64,000 bases of DNA from Mobula birostris. Taxonomy: Eukaryota. The DNA is taken from NCBI RefSeq assembly GCF_030028105.1, contig NC_092379.1:45866150-45930149 (forward strand), given 5' to 3'. The translations under genes were made by a program, and so were the position numbers. The notes beneath the pieces were generated by a model. The model made no database searches. It worked only from the letters and a program-made list of their open reading frames with translations, and was not told the origin of the DNA. Numbering within the stretch: position 1 is the stretch's first letter; each line of letters begins with the position of its first letter. Shown in pieces: positions 48,701 to 62,700 of this stretch.

Positions 48701-48759
48701 TATTTTCCTCGATAGCCTCTATCAAATTGGCTAGTCTGTCCCTGTCTAGCCAAATACTT

Positions 48760-49190
48760 ACATCTATACACCTGTTCATGAATGCAAATATCTATGCAGC
48801 GAGTTATGTGGCAGCAACTCAATGGATGAAACAAGCAGACAAACTATCAAACCATCATGACGAAATGTGCTGTAATTGATTTTGACTGTGGAATGATTAG
48901 TGGTGCCATGCATGGTGGTTTAAGTATCTCAGGTACCACGGATCCCTGGAATTTTCATGCAGAATGTTATTTACAGTTTACAGAGAATGGAGGGAAAACA
49001 AACAAAAAATTCCCGTGAGTGGCACTTCTGTGGTTGAAAGCGCCTTGCTGCTAAGTGAGGTCAGGAGAGAATGGTCAGACTGATTCAAGCTGATAGGAAC
49101 GCGACTGTGATTCAACAGTGAAGTGCAGAAGACCATCTCTGAACACACAACACATCGAACATTGTAGTTGTCAGACTGCCGCAACATTGT
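48760..49190 (+). mobile_element. Tc1-like transposase fragment
   Basis: DFDCGMISGAMHGGLSIS and GQERMVRLIQADRNATVIQ match the N-terminal HTH region of fish Tc1 transposases. Confidence 0.7.
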
Positions 49191-50405
49191 TTGGTATATG
49201 AGGAAACAGAATGCTTTCTATGGTAACTAAATATACTAAATCCTCCCAGAATTTTAATTTAATGATAGCTTCAGCACACTGCAAGACAATACCACATTAA
49301 TATATAAACTCATTTGGTTCGCTCATGCCCTTCGGGAGAGAAAATCTGCAATCCAAACCCAAACTATTTCATCGGTATTGCTAATTGAACTTCCCGGCCA
49401 CAATCAGGAAATTAATATAATCCATGTCTTTAGAAAGATAATAATTTACATTAATTGGATCCCAGCAGAAAAGCATGAACACCATCGTAATTTAATCTGA
49501 AATCTTCAGCCCCTGATTTATTGGCTGGAAATAAAATATTAAATGTTACCCCAATACCCCATCTAGTAATCACTCTTGGTAGAGCAACGCAGAATTTGAG
49601 CATTCACGAAGATCGCTTTTTTTTTGTTTTCTAAGTCTATTTATCCAATTTATCTCAGAGCTTCTGATAAATCATGCAAATTCTGAATTTCATGAATTCA
49701 AGCCTGAATTTCATCTTTTCCTTCATCCGCTTACCATTGGACAATACCTTTGATATTGTGTGAATGGAAAGAAATAGAAACCTGTTTCACATTTTCACGC
49801 AGGTCATCTTATCGAATCCCACACCAGCGTGAGTTTATTCCATTCTGATCTATCAAGTTCCAACATTTTAGAACTTCATTGCAATCAGTCTTATTCCTCT
49901 CAACTTCAGAAATAGCAGACCTCTCACATTCTACACAATTCAAAAGCTGATATCATTCCACTAGTTCTGCACAGCCTTCCCGATGATAACATACCCCTAA
50001 ATGAAATAAAAATGCGGATATGATAAACAACCATCCACCATGAAGATTCTTTGTGCCTCTTGAAGAGGCAGATTGGCTTGACAACGTTTTGTGTTAATGC
50101 TATACAAAAGATTTTGAGTATACTTTGAAATCAGCAGTAGTCAATACATATTTGCTGAGATGAGCTATAATATTCTGTGTTCTATGTGTTGGACAGAAGT
50201 AAACTGTACTGTAGATGAGTTCTAAACAGACCTGGTACAGCTGAACTCAAAAGCATAATGTGTGGCAAATAATCCACAGCTCACAATATTTGCAGAGAGA
50301 GAATCCATGTTAACTTCTCAGTTTATTAACCTTACACCACAAGTTTCCTAAAACTGTTTAGAACTGTGGTATTTGATGCCTGAATCATTGAATCTGTACC
50401 TGGCC

Positions 50406-50587
50406 NNNNNNNNNNNNNNNNNNNNNNNNNNNNNNNNNNNNNNNNNNNNNNNNNNNNNNNNNNNNNNNNNNNNNNNNNNNNNNNNNNNNNNNNNNNNNNN
50501 NNNNNNNNNNNNNNNNNNNNNNNNNNNNNNNNNNNNNNNNNNNNNNNNNNNNNNNNNNNNNNNNNNNNNNNNNNNNNNNNNNNNNNN
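50406..50587. other. Assembly gap (182 N)
   Basis: Run of N; true size unknown. Confidence 0.99.
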
Positions 50588-50671
50588 CAATAACAAAGAT
50601 TGACGAACAAAGGTTCATTACTGCCAAGAAATGGCAACACTGGGTTTTAAAATAATGATCACTAGTTTGAG

Positions 50672-52370
50672 ACCATAGGACCATAAGACATAGCAGCAGA
50701 ATGGAGTCATTTGGCCTAGTCTGCTCCTCCATTTCATCGTGGTAATACATTTCCCTCTCAACCACGTTCTCCTGCCTTCTCCCTTTAACCTTTCATACTT
50801 TCACTAATCAATAACCTATCAACCACCGTCTGAAATACAACCAAAGACTTGGGTCCACAGCCGCCTGTGGCAATCAATTCCATCGATTCACCATCATCTG
50901 GCTAAAGCAATTCCTCCTCATCCCCATTCGAAATGGACGTCCCTTTATTCTGAGTCTGTGCCCTCTGGTCCTAGACCCTCCCACCATAAGGAACATCCTC
51001 TCCACAACCACTTTATCTAAAGCTTTCAACATTCGATAGGTTTCAATGCAATCTCCTCTCATTCTTCTAAATTCCAGCAAATCCCAGAACCACCAGTCAC
51101 TCCTCGTATGATAAGCTTTTCATTTCTGGAAGCATTCTCGTCAACTTCCTCTGAACCCTTTCCAAACTCAGCACACCTTTCCTGAAATAAAGGGCCCAAA
51201 TCTGCTCACAACATTCCAAGTGAGGCCTCATCACAAAGCCTCATCATTATATCCTTACTTTTATATTATACTGCTCTCAAAATAAATGTTAGCATTATAT
51301 TTACCTTCCCCACCGCTGACTCAACCTGCAAATTAACATTTAGGGAATCCTGAACAAGGACTCCTTTGCACCTCGGATATTTTGAATTTTCTCCCCGTTT
51401 AGAAAATAGCCTATACTTCTATAGCTACTGCCAACGTGCATGACTATACACTTCTTGACACTCTCTTCTATTTGCTTCTTCTTTGCACATTCTCTGAATC
51501 TATCAAAGTCCCTCTGCAGCCTCCTTGCTTCAACCCTACGCGTGCATCCACCTAGCTTCGTATCATCCAAAGACTTAGCCATGAAGCCATAATTCCATTA
51601 TCCCCAAATTATTGACATACCATGTAAAATGAAGTGGTCCCAACACTGACCCTTGCACAATACCACTAGTCACTAGCAGACAACCAGAAAAGGCTCCCTT
51701 TATTCACATGCTTTGCCTCCTGCCCATCAGCCAAATCTCTCGCTGGTATCTTTCCTGAAAATCCATGGGCCCTTATCTTAAGCAGCATCATGTGCAGAAC
51801 ATTGCTAAAGGCCTTCTGAATATCCAGGTACACAACATCCACCAATTCTCCTTTGACTATCCTGCTTGTTATTACCTCAAACAGATTTGTCAGGTATGAT
51901 TTTCCCTTAATGAAACCATATTGATTGTGCCCTATTTTACTATGTCCCTCCAAGTAACACAAAGTACATCCTTAACAATCAATTACAACATTTCTCCAAC
52001 CACTGAAGTCCACTAACTTGCCTACAATTTCTTTTCTTCTGTCTTCCCCAGTTCTGGAAGGGTAGAGTGACATATGCAAATTTCAACCATTCCAGAATCG
52101 AGTGATTCTTGAAAGATCATTGCTAATGCCGCCATAATCTCTTCAGCTACCTGTTTTCAGAACTCTGGGGTGTATTCCATTTAGTCCAAGTGACCTATCT
52201 ACTTTCAGACCTTTCAGCTTCCCAAACACTTTCTCTCCAGTAATAGAATCTGCATGCATTTTTGCCCCGACGCCTCAAATTTCCAGCATACTGCTTGGGC
52301 AATCCAAACTGAAGACTGATGCAAAATATTTATTTAGTCCACTATTTCCTTATCCCCAATCACTACATTT
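50672..52370 (-). mobile_element. CR1 LINE 3' half
   Basis: DVVYLDIQKAF (51666-51962), SLDDTKLGG (51340-51582), LEFRRMRGD..TRGHRL (50874-51080); tail family as at 8845. Confidence 0.88.
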
Positions 52371-54764
52371 TAGATAGAACCATGAAGAGATTCTAGTCTG
52401 TCCTCATCCAGGCACCAAAGAAACCTCTGAATCTTACATTTTACAATGGTTCCTCTGCTACCCTTCTGAAGTCCAGTGGATACAAGTCTCACCTGTTCAA
52501 CCTTTCGTCATAAGGCAAACCTCACAACTCTTCTATTCCATTTATCAGTCAGTGACCTTTCAAATCCAAAGAATTAACATTTTCCCACAAGACTGCAATA
52601 CTGTATACAGGTCTATAAGTATTATCTCGCTGATGTTTGAATGATCCATGGACTTCTGACCCTACCTCATTATTTCAATGTTTGCACTATTTACAGATTT
52701 TTATGTCTTTGCACTGTACTGCAGCTGCATAACAACAAATTTCACCTCTCTTTCTCAGTGATGATAAAGCTGGTTGGAGTTGGAGTTGTGATGAGGAGAC
52801 ATTAGGATAACTGAGCAATTACACCACAAAATTATAGACAATAGGAATTAATACCTTTCAAATGCACAAAATCATGCGGAACTACTCAGAATAAATCAGG
52901 CATGACGGTCCTTCTTGCAAAACCAGTATTCGTAGCCACATAAGTGCCGTTTAGGATAAGATGTGTAGAAATATCTTCAGCATAATGGTAGGAATACAAG
53001 AGGTTGAAGAGCCATGAAGAGGGCTGATATGTTGGGAATATTAAAGACAGAATTCCGATAGACATTTGAGATCTCAATGGAATCAGGAATATGAGTTTAG
53101 GAAAAGAGAGTGGTACCAAGGTAAAAGGCCATCCATGGTTTTGTTGAATGAACAAGAATACTCTTGCTTCACCTACTTGCATCTTTCCCTGCAAAGGAGG
53201 GGAAACATACTGTGTAAAAAATGGAAAGGAAGCGGAAGGACGGAGAGGCGGACGCTGAAATGGCCCTGAAAGGTGGCATCAGGTGGACAGTAAAGCTGAG
53301 GTGGACGGAGGTAGAAATCAATGACACAAGAGAAAAGAAGGATAAAGTAAGGGGCAAAAGCTGAAAAGTAGAAATGTGACCTTCAGACCGAAATTGAATC
53401 TGAAATTGCTTAACTCAGGGTCATTTCTGAGTTCGAGCTACTAGGTTTCAAAATTATTAAACTGTATCGGCGGGGGACCTAAATAGGAGCGATATGGGCA
53501 GTTAAATTGACAGACGACTGATAAATCCAAACAGCTCCGGCGGATTAACAGCAGGGTTTCTGCCGAATAGTGACCCAATTACCCTTTGGCTTCCGGAATC
53601 TGTACGATGGACATCGATTGTATTATGCGAATTTGGAAGTTAAATAGTGCAATTGTACATTCACCTGATATTTAATGCAACTTCCCCTTTGTACATCTGC
53701 GCTTCCTCGTTTTGTTCGCAACATTCATATTTGACTTTTGAATTCGCAGGAATCACAAATGACCAGTCATTCTGCTCAATATATTTTGAAACCTCACACT
53801 GTTATCCTGATTATGATCCCGTTCTTATAAAGGAAAGATTCGGGTCTTTTACCTGTTTCGCGAAAACCCCAAGATGGCACAGCGAAATCCAGCTCATAGG
53901 AATAACACTAGGTATTTATTTTCTCCATAGCCAAGACTTTTATTTTGCTATCGGAATGAAAGAGCAAAACACAGTACAGGGCACTCCAAAAACGTCTCCG
54001 TTGAATGTTAATCCAACGCCTGTTTCTCGGATGTTCTTTCCGTGCGTCGCCCCAAAATGTTGGCAAATTCTTATTTGCCTACGTTTCCTGGCCGTGTTCC
54101 TTGACTGAACAACTAGCTCTCCATGGAGAAACTTGTGCAACCTCAATAGGTTTCCTTCCGATTGTTACAGTTGAAAACAAACAGTCATGAATGATTACTG
54201 GTCACTCCATCCTTGGCGTCTCGTGGCTCTCCCTCTCGAATTATTCAGCTCCGTTCCTGAATGTAACCTTTACGGGAGGTCACAGCTCAAGAATCAGTGA
54301 GGTTAGCTTTACGCTGCTCATATGTCAATGTAAATAACTGAAAATCGGAGTTGGAATATCCATTGATAGTTCCGCCTGTTTAAAGTTTATTTGAATTAAT
54401 CGAACGTCCACCAGACATCACCGATTTCCCCAACCAATATTCTTAATGGAAAAAAAATGCACCTGAACGAAAAACACATAAATTAGAGGTTTAAAAATCA
54501 CAACTGCAGATCGTAATCCAAGTGTCAGTGGGCAATTCTTCTCTCCATAACAAAGAGGCAATATATTGCATAAGCCTAAAAGAATGGTAAATTGATGCTA
54601 GCCTAACCGGCCACGCCTTTAGTAGAACGCACAGAATCAAGTTTGTTGCCATATACACACAAACATGTGTGCACAGGTTCAATGGAAAATACTTGCAGCA
54701 GCATCATTGGCACGCGGTATTGTATAAACATTCGCAAGCAGCATAAAATTAAACATAAACTATA

Positions 54765-55620
54765 CACAAACACGAGAAAGTCTGCAGATGCTGGAAATCC
54801 ATTGCAACATACACAAAACGCTGGAGAAACTCAGGAGGTATTGCGGCATCGAAGGAACAGAATAAATAGTCGACGTTATGGGCCGAGACCTTTTTCAGAA
54901 CTAAGAAAGAAGGGGGAAAAATTAAAAGGTGGGAGGGGAACGAGGCTGGCTGGAAGGTGATAAGTGAAGCCAGGTGCATGAAAAAGCTCAACGACTGGAG
55001 AATGAAGGAGCTGATAGGAGATAAGAATGGACCACAGGGGAAAGGGAAGTAGGAGGGGACCCAGGGCGAAGTAATAGGCAGATGAGAAGTAAAAGATCAG
55101 CGTGTGGAAAAGATGAATTATAGCTTGGTTCCTTTCGGACGTATCAATACATGGCCTCCTCTTGTGACCAGATAAGGCCACCCTCAGGGTGGAGGAACAA
55201 CAGCTCGTATTCCGACTGGGTACCTCCAACCTGACGGCATGAATATCCATTTCTCGCTTCGGTAAACAAATCCCCACCATTCCCCATTCCACTGTTCCGT
55301 ACTCTGACCGTTTACTTCTTCTCACCTGCCTATAACTTCACTGTCTCCCCTCCTCCTTCCTTTTTTTCCCGTCTGGTCCACTATCCTCTCGTATCAGATT
55401 CTTTCTTCTCCAGCCCTTGACCTTTCCTACTCACCTGGCTTCATCCATCACTTTCCACCTAGCATATATTCACCTCCCCCGCCCTCCACCAACTTTTTTT
55501 ATTCTGGCAAGTTCCCCCTTTCTTTTCAGTGCTGGTGAACGGACTTGGCCCGAAACTTCGACTCTTTATTCTTTTCCATAGATGTTGCTGACATTCTGAG
55601 TTCGTTCAGAGTGTGTGTTG
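54765..55620. mobile_element. Penelope-like element with inverted termini
   Basis: Reverse terminus at 54775-54850 (gatgctggaaatcc..ctggagaaactcag) and forward terminus at ~55540-55620; same layout as 38740-39850. Confidence 0.65.
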
Positions 55621-56289
55621 CTTTAATAGTTGCTTTTGGTTGATAAATCTGTTTTGAGATTATCTTGACAGCAAGACTTTGCAGCCATGTTACTGAACAT
55701 CAATATACAACCCCGTGAGCTTTCCAACTACAACACCAATTCATGATCAAGAACAGGCGAAAATCTGCAGATGTTGGGAATCAAAGTAACTCGTGATATC
55801 AGGTTCGGGCTATTTCCTAGACAATATCGCTGTGTTCAATTTCTGTAACAAGGTTCGGAAGACAAGTAATGAAATCTGAAACAAAAGCTGCATGAACGCA
55901 AGAAATTCGACTCAAAATCCTTAGCATTAATTATATATCACCACTGTGACATCACAATTACCCTGAAGTCATATACAAGTTGCGATTTCCAATCAAAGTT
56001 CAAAGTACTTTTATTATCAATCTTTTTGTTGGTTGGACACACTTTGTCCTTTTTACAGTACAATGCACTACTATGTACGAAGTAGTGATAGAGTTTACGA
56101 TCACACTTCCTGAACACGGGTCTGTATTGAGGTGACGAATCTCGACGACACTGGAAGCCAAATGTTGAAGAAATTGAGGGTTTCGATTTTCCAACAGAGC
56201 AACAGAGTTCTGCAAAGGTTTCGACCATCTTTTTAGGGCGAAGATGAAAATATATCTACCATACTACCACCGGATTATTATGAAATGAT

Positions 56290-56885
56290 ACAGGAATTCT
56301 TGGGGCCGAAGTCCATACTGCAGTTGCAACGAATTTAGATAGAGTGGTAAAGCATGCTTGCCTCGTCGTTAGGGGTCTTGATTGTAAGAGTTAGGAAATC
56401 GAGATGCAGATGTATAAAATTTTGGTTACAATATTTTCTGTAGGTCTGTGGCTCTGTTATAAAAATAATGTGAAGGCTCTGTTGAGGATGTAAAAGGGGG
56501 GGGGGTTATAAGGATTCTGCTTGGATCAGAGGACATTAGTTACAAGGAGTTGATGCATAAATTTGCAGTGTTTTCTCTGGAGCATAGTAGGCTAAGGGAC
56601 GACCGGTAGCTTATAAGTTCAGAAGAGGCATGACAGCCAGAATCAATGTCTCTGGGGAGATAGGTCGAATACAAGAGAGAATGACTTTAAAGCGAGGGGT
56701 GGGATTGGGCAATGTACAGGGCTATTTCTTTTTAAGATAGTGTATGGTAGGTTGCTGAAACGCACTGCCGGGGTAGTGATGGAGACATGATAGTAGCCTT
56801 CAAAAGGCTTTTAGACAGGCACACGCATATGCAGTTAGCGGACTGTTATGAATCATATTCCCGTACTGTAACATCCTATGTTCGA
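56290..56885 (+). mobile_element. Degenerate CR1 3' fragment
   Basis: MQMYKILV and FSLEHSRLR remnants plus a CR1-like 3' end. Confidence 0.6.
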
Positions 56886-57169
56886 CGTTCGTGGGACACT
56901 GAGACAAAATGATTTTCCGTCATTGGATACTGTAAAAACATTTCGTGGCAATCTGTAGGTAGACCTGGATTAGTTCATGGTATTCCATGATTTGATGCAA
57001 AATCTGAGACAGCGGGAAATCAGTTTTGTGTGGAAAGAACATTATAGTTAAGAGAATATATCAAAGTCGAATTATCTGGACTAAGTTGTTCATACTGGAT
57101 TATTCGCGGGTCATTTATGAATGGATGTGGCAGGACAGGAAAGAATCGATTGCTCATTGAGTTTAAGTC

Positions 57170-57620
57170 ATTCAGTATATGGTTCTGGTCACCACGCTGC
57201 AGGAAGGATCAGGCAGTACAAGAGAGCAGAAGAGATTCAGCGGGATGTTACCTGAAATTGAGGACTCCAGTCACAAGCAGAGATTGGGTAGGGTGCGATT
57301 GTTCCCAATGAAACGCCGGAGGCATGGGCATGCCTCTGAAGTTATGAGAGGAAGGAAGGGCGGTTTTTCTAAAGAAAATCAAGTATAGAATTAGAAAACA
57401 CAGATTCAAGGTGAGAGAGAGGAAATTTTAATGAGATCTGAAGGGTAACGGTTCTCACACAGAGGGTGATTGTTATCTGGAACAAGCTGCTAGAAATGGT
57501 AGTAGAAGTGGACAGAACTACACCGTTTAAAAGACAATTGTACAGATGCCTATATAGGAAGAGATGAAATCCAGCCTCACACAGGGAAGTATGATTGTTG
57601 TTAAGGAACAGGTGGACCGT
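57170..57620 (+). mobile_element. Degenerate CR1 3' fragment
   Basis: WSPRCRKD, RFSGMLP and ctggaacaagctgc motifs. Confidence 0.6.
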
Positions 57621-57789
57621 TAGTGGCCGTTTCTGTGTTGTAGATGGTAAGATTTATTTCCCCAATCTTATCTTTTTCTATGGGTGCAAGGGGCTCTGGA
57701 TAGAGGTAGTACCTTTGATGTCTGGCAGCTGCACTCTACCTAGTCGGGTGGACGGGCATCACTGTTCCTCATCCATCTCCTAAATCTCT

Positions 57790-59918
57790 CACGTTGCCTC
57801 CAAGAGGCACACAGAAGATTAGAATGAAAGTCAACTTGGAAACACAGAAGGACCACTCCATCGCCAAATTCTTCAAAGCTGCAGCTGGCGGAAAATTTGC
57901 ACCACAGCTGACACTTGATGAAGATGTTCAAATGTTGACAGCTATGTTCAATGAAGTGATGACAGAAACAGCGAATGAGATACTTGGAAAACACGGCCAG
58001 AAATCCCAACCCTAGGTAATAGAGAAGATCCTGGAAGTGTGTGACACTGTAAGAGACCTAAAGAAATTTAAGAACACAACAACAGGAGCAGTGGCATGCA
58101 GAGAGGTAAGCACGATCAGGAAAAAAAAAACATGATTAAAGCCAAGGAAGAATGTACTGAGAGACAGAGTACAGAGTTAGAAGATAGGCTGAACAAGAAC
58201 AACAGGCGAGCATTTCACATTGTGAGGGACCTGACGAATCAAAGACAGACACGAGTCTGTAACTCCAAATTAAAAAAGAAACTGTCTCACAGAAGATGAA
58301 TGCATTCTCATCAGATGGACTGAGCATTGTTCAGACCTATACAACCATGAGATCCAATAAGACCCCAGCATACTCACAAGCCAGGACTTGTCAAACGACG
58401 ATGACTTCCAATTCTGCGGGAAGAAGTAGAAGCAGCCATGATATCGCTGAAGAATGGGAAAGATGCAGGAAGAAACAACATCCCAGCCAAGCTGATAAAA
58501 CATGGAGGAGAGGCAGTGATATTCTTCACCAATATCTGCAACAAAATCTGGCAGACCGAGAAATGGCCAACACTCTGGACAAAACCACACATCATCACTC
58601 TTCCCAAGAGAGGCCACTTACAGCAGTGTCAGAATTATAGAACTGTAAGTCTTATCGGCCATGTAAGTGAAGTGATGTTGAAAGTCATCTTAAACAAACT
58701 GAAACCACAGGCAAAATCGCCGAAGAACAGGCTGGAATCAGAATTGGAAGTAATACAACCGAGCAGATATTCAACCTCCGAGTACTGAGCAAGAAATACA
58801 AACAACATCATCAGTATATATGCTTCGTATTCATAGACTTCAAGAAGGTATCCAATAGGGTGTAGCATAATGCACTCTAGGCCACAATGAAGTGGTAGAA
58901 CATGGGCCAGAAGCTGATCCAAACCATCAAGCAGCTCTACACCAAAGGTAGCACTGCGGTATTTGTCCAAGGCACAGTAAGAGAGTGGTTCCACACACCA
59001 GCTGAAGTACGACAAGGCCGCCTCCTTCCACCCACAACATTTTCCTGCAGCAAATAATGACAGATGCCCCGGAAGACCACATTGGTACAGTCAGCATCGC
59101 AAGACAGAACATAACCAACCTCAGGTTCACCAATGGCATTGATGGATTGGCAGGAAGTAAGGGTGAATTGGCCGCTTTGTGAAACATCTGGACAGTACAT
59201 CTACTAGATATGGCATGGAGATCAGCATAGAGAACACCAAGCTCATGAGGAACAGTGAGAAATCAATCGCATCAAAAATCACAGCGAGTGGACAAGAACT
59301 AGAGATTGTCAAACGGTCCAAGTACCTTGGCGCCATCATCACCCAACAAGAATCAAAGCCTAAAGTCCTTCCAAGAACAGACCAAACAACAGCAATGTTG
59401 GCTAAACTAAAACCACTCTTGAGAGACAATAACATCGCTCTCGGAAACTACTTCATGCACTTGTGCTCTCTACCTTCTTGTATGCATGCGAATTGTAAAC
59501 TTTGATAGCACAACTTCAAAAGAAGATCCAGGCAGTAGCAATGAGATGCTTCAGAAGGCTCCTTGGCATCCCTTGTACAGACAGACCATGCCTCAAAAGA
59601 CGAAGTACGAAGAGCCATTACCCAGCACATGAGAGATTATGAAGAACTACTGCCCACAGTAAACAAGGGTTAACTGAGATGGTATGGCCACATTACAAGA
59701 TCAGGTGGACTCTCAAAGCACATTCTTCAGGGGTGCAGGGGAAAAGAAAAAGGGGCAGAAAGAGGAAATGTCCAGATAACATTGCGGTGTGGGCCGGAGA
59801 GAGCTTTGCCGAAACCCAGGCACTCGCCCGTAACTATGAGAGATGGAGCTACTGATGCAGCGCTCATCTGTACAGCCCCTGACAGCACAAGCGGTTGCAG
59901 GATCCATAACCGTAACCA
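57790..59918 (+). mobile_element. RTE-clade (BovB-like) LINE, 5'-truncated and frameshifted
   Basis: LKNGK.AG.NNIPA.LIKHGGE, WPTLWT..HIITLPKRG.LQQCQNYRT.SLI.H.S.VMLK.ILN.LKPQ, YGMEISIENTKLM; catAAC/cgtAAC tail at ~59905-59918. Confidence 0.85.
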
Positions 59919-61129
59919 TTTTCTTGAAATCAACGACATCTCAGAATGTAAAGTTGTTCCCTTACCCTGTCGTCCCCAACAGAGGAAAGAGCTACATTCT
60001 GTATGCGTCCTATCTTTGAAAACTCCTGAACTTGCCAATGTGTTGAAGGCCGAATGCCTAAGTTTTCTTTGGAACAATGCACCGTCTGTCAGCTCACTTC
60101 GGGCTTCTGCACTCGGCTGCTCTGTAAAAAAACTGTAGATACTGAAAGTTGGGTCCACATAATCCATTCATAGGGCAATATCATATAATGTCGTGATTTC
60201 AAAGACAAAATTTGAAGCATAACATTGACAGACCAATGAGCCAAAGACCCATTTCTGTGCTGATAACTCCGTGATCCTTCGTCACTCCACAACTTTACGG
60301 GGATGAGTGTGGAACAAAGAGCCCGTGTTTTATAATGCAACTCTGGTAGGTCCGGTAGGACAGCAACGAGTAGAGTTTATGACTGAACATGTTGTCAAGT
60401 AAAATGCATGTTTCTATCTTTTAATAGAGATCTGGGCGTGTGGGACATTGAATGAATCAAGTTTTGCGGAGAAGGGCGAAAATGAGATGGGTTGGGCTAT
60501 GGTAGATGGCAATGGGGTATTAAAGACAGACAGTATTCACCTGGGGAATGATGCGGAGGAATACATGCTGCGCTGTGGATGAAAATTAGTACAGACTTTC
60601 GAAATGCAATCGCCTCTTTTCGACATGGATAACATAATTCAATTTCCGGACATTCCTGTAGTTTCCGCATGCTGACAGTGATTCACGACTTTTCTGTCGG
60701 TTTCCTACTTCATTATGCAGCGAGTAAACACTGGAAACATTCTTGAGATTATCAGTAACAGACACATTTCCTTCAACTTGGTTTGGCAGTTTTACCAAAT
60801 CTTCTCAGCATTGAAAAGGAAGCAATGAATAATTCGCTGCAGTTCCCTGACATTTAACGGTGTAAGTGTTTGTTATTTCTTTTTTGAAAAGAAAGGAAAT
60901 GTCAGAAACGGTTCAGCAGCTCGAAATGAGAAGTGCAGACGATATCAATGAATTCATTATATGTCCCGTCTCCATTTCAAATCTCAGAGGAATATAATCC
61001 TGGAAGCTTAAATAAACTACTGTTTCCGGAGACCCGATGTGGTACGGTTCGTGTTTTATCATCAACCGTTCACTCGTAGCTGATGGAAATGCCCTACCAT
61101 TGATAGATAAGTCCTATGCTGGTTTGACT

Positions 61130-62030
61130 TTCCAAAATCCATCACCTCACACTTAGCAGTATTGAATCTCATTGGTCCACTTCCCTAATTGATCAAGAAT
61201 TTGGTACTTGAAGGCACATGATAAATCAGGCCTTTTCAGCATGGTATAGTGCAGGGAAAATCTTACCTCACATATCTGCCAGAGTTCTTTTTGGAAATAT
61301 CAGGCAAGATAGACTGAAAAGAGTCGGTGGATGCTGTTTACTTGGATTTTCTGAAGGTCTTTGACAAGATGCTGTAGATGAAGCTGCTAAACAAAATTAT
61401 AGGACACGGTCCTACAGGAAAAATACCAGCACTGATAGATTGGATGACTGACAGAAGGCAAAATAAAGGAGGCCTTTTCTGGTTTTCTGCTAGTGGCTAG
61501 CAATGTTCCATAGGGGTAGGTGTTGGGACTGCTTCTTTTCAGGTTATATGTCGATGATTTGGATGATGAAATTAATGCCATAGTAGGTGGAGGGCAGGTA
61601 GTGTTTCGTATCGTGAGGGACGCTAGGACCAGTGAGCAGAGACTCAGAATAGAAAGACATTCCTTTACACCAGTTTAATTTCTGAGAAACAACCTTCAGC
61701 TGCCACTCTGCTTCCTACCTCCCAGCCAGTTTTGAATCTGTCTAACTGCCTTTGTCTGGATTCCTGGCCTTCCAGACCAGCCTACCATGTGGGATATAAT
61801 CAAAGGTCCAGTTCTACCCTCAACTACCATTTTGTTTACCTCTTCAAAAACTCTAGAATATTCATCAAGCATGGCTTCCCACAAATAAAGCCACACTAAC
61901 TCCTCCAGTTCCTGTCGCTCAGAATTCCCTCGAGTGAATTCCCTACCAGTGATATCAGCCTGGGTGACCTGTAGTTCCCTGGCTTGTCATTGTTCAAAGT
62001 TCTTTGACAATGTAACCGGTGGTATAAAAG
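61130..62030. mobile_element. CR1 fragments in both orientations
   Basis: VYLDFLKVFDK and VP.G.VLG.LLF on plus (61320-61570); IQNWLGGRKQ on minus (61696-61896). Confidence 0.65.
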
Positions 62031-62035
62031 GGTGC

Positions 62036-62036
<1 letters not shown>

Positions 62037-62067
<31 letters not shown>
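62037..62067 (+). repeat. (CA)n microsatellite
   Basis: Direct. Confidence 0.97.
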
Positions 62068-62068
<1 letters not shown>

Positions 62069-62189
62069 GGGAAGCTATTGTTCTGATACACTTACGATTC
62101 TATAAAGCTTCGATGCTAAAGTCTGTTGCATCATGTAGATGATTGCTAGAAAGACACAAAGATCTGCAATAATGTATGGACAGGTTTGA

Positions 62190-62700
62190 TAAGTTAGCAA
62201 AAAGGCAGCTGGAGTAAACATACAAGAGTTTCTGCAGCTGCTGGAAATCCCATGTAAAATTCTGGAGGAACTCTGCAAGTCAGGCAATACTGTATCAATG
62301 GAGGCAATATACAGTCGATGTTTGAGGCTGAGACCTTTCAACAGTACTGGAAAGGAAGGAAGAACAAGCTAGAATAAGAAGGTGGGGAGAGGGAAAGAGT
62401 ACCAGCTTGTGAAGACAGATGAGGAGAAAGATAATTTAGTGAGGGAGGGAGAATGAAGTGAAAGGCATGGAGGTGACTATTGGACAGTATAGTCATGGCA
62501 ATGTAAAGCTGTTGGTTTAGGAAAGATGGTTGGACAGCAACTATATGAACAACATTAAATGACAATAACCACTCATATTCCATGAAGGGGGGCTTCCAGA
62601 AAACAGCTAATAGAACTGATAGCTCACAGCTGTACCAACTTAGAACCTTGCATGGACATGCATAGGCCAGCTTGGGGCTTTCTGGGTCACACCAAATCCC
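62190..62700 (-). mobile_element. Penelope-like fragment
   Basis: ctgctggaaatcc..ctggaggaactctgcaagtcaggca terminus, reversed. Confidence 0.55.

Noticed and set aside
55942-55948. Isolated perfect heptamer CACTGTG
   Set aside because: No supporting nonamer or adjacent D/J coding sequence recognised; 7-mers recur by chance.
60586-60798. Minus ORF containing NVSV, reminiscent of an Ig tailpiece
   Set aside because: No terminal Cys, no preceding C domain, wrong context.
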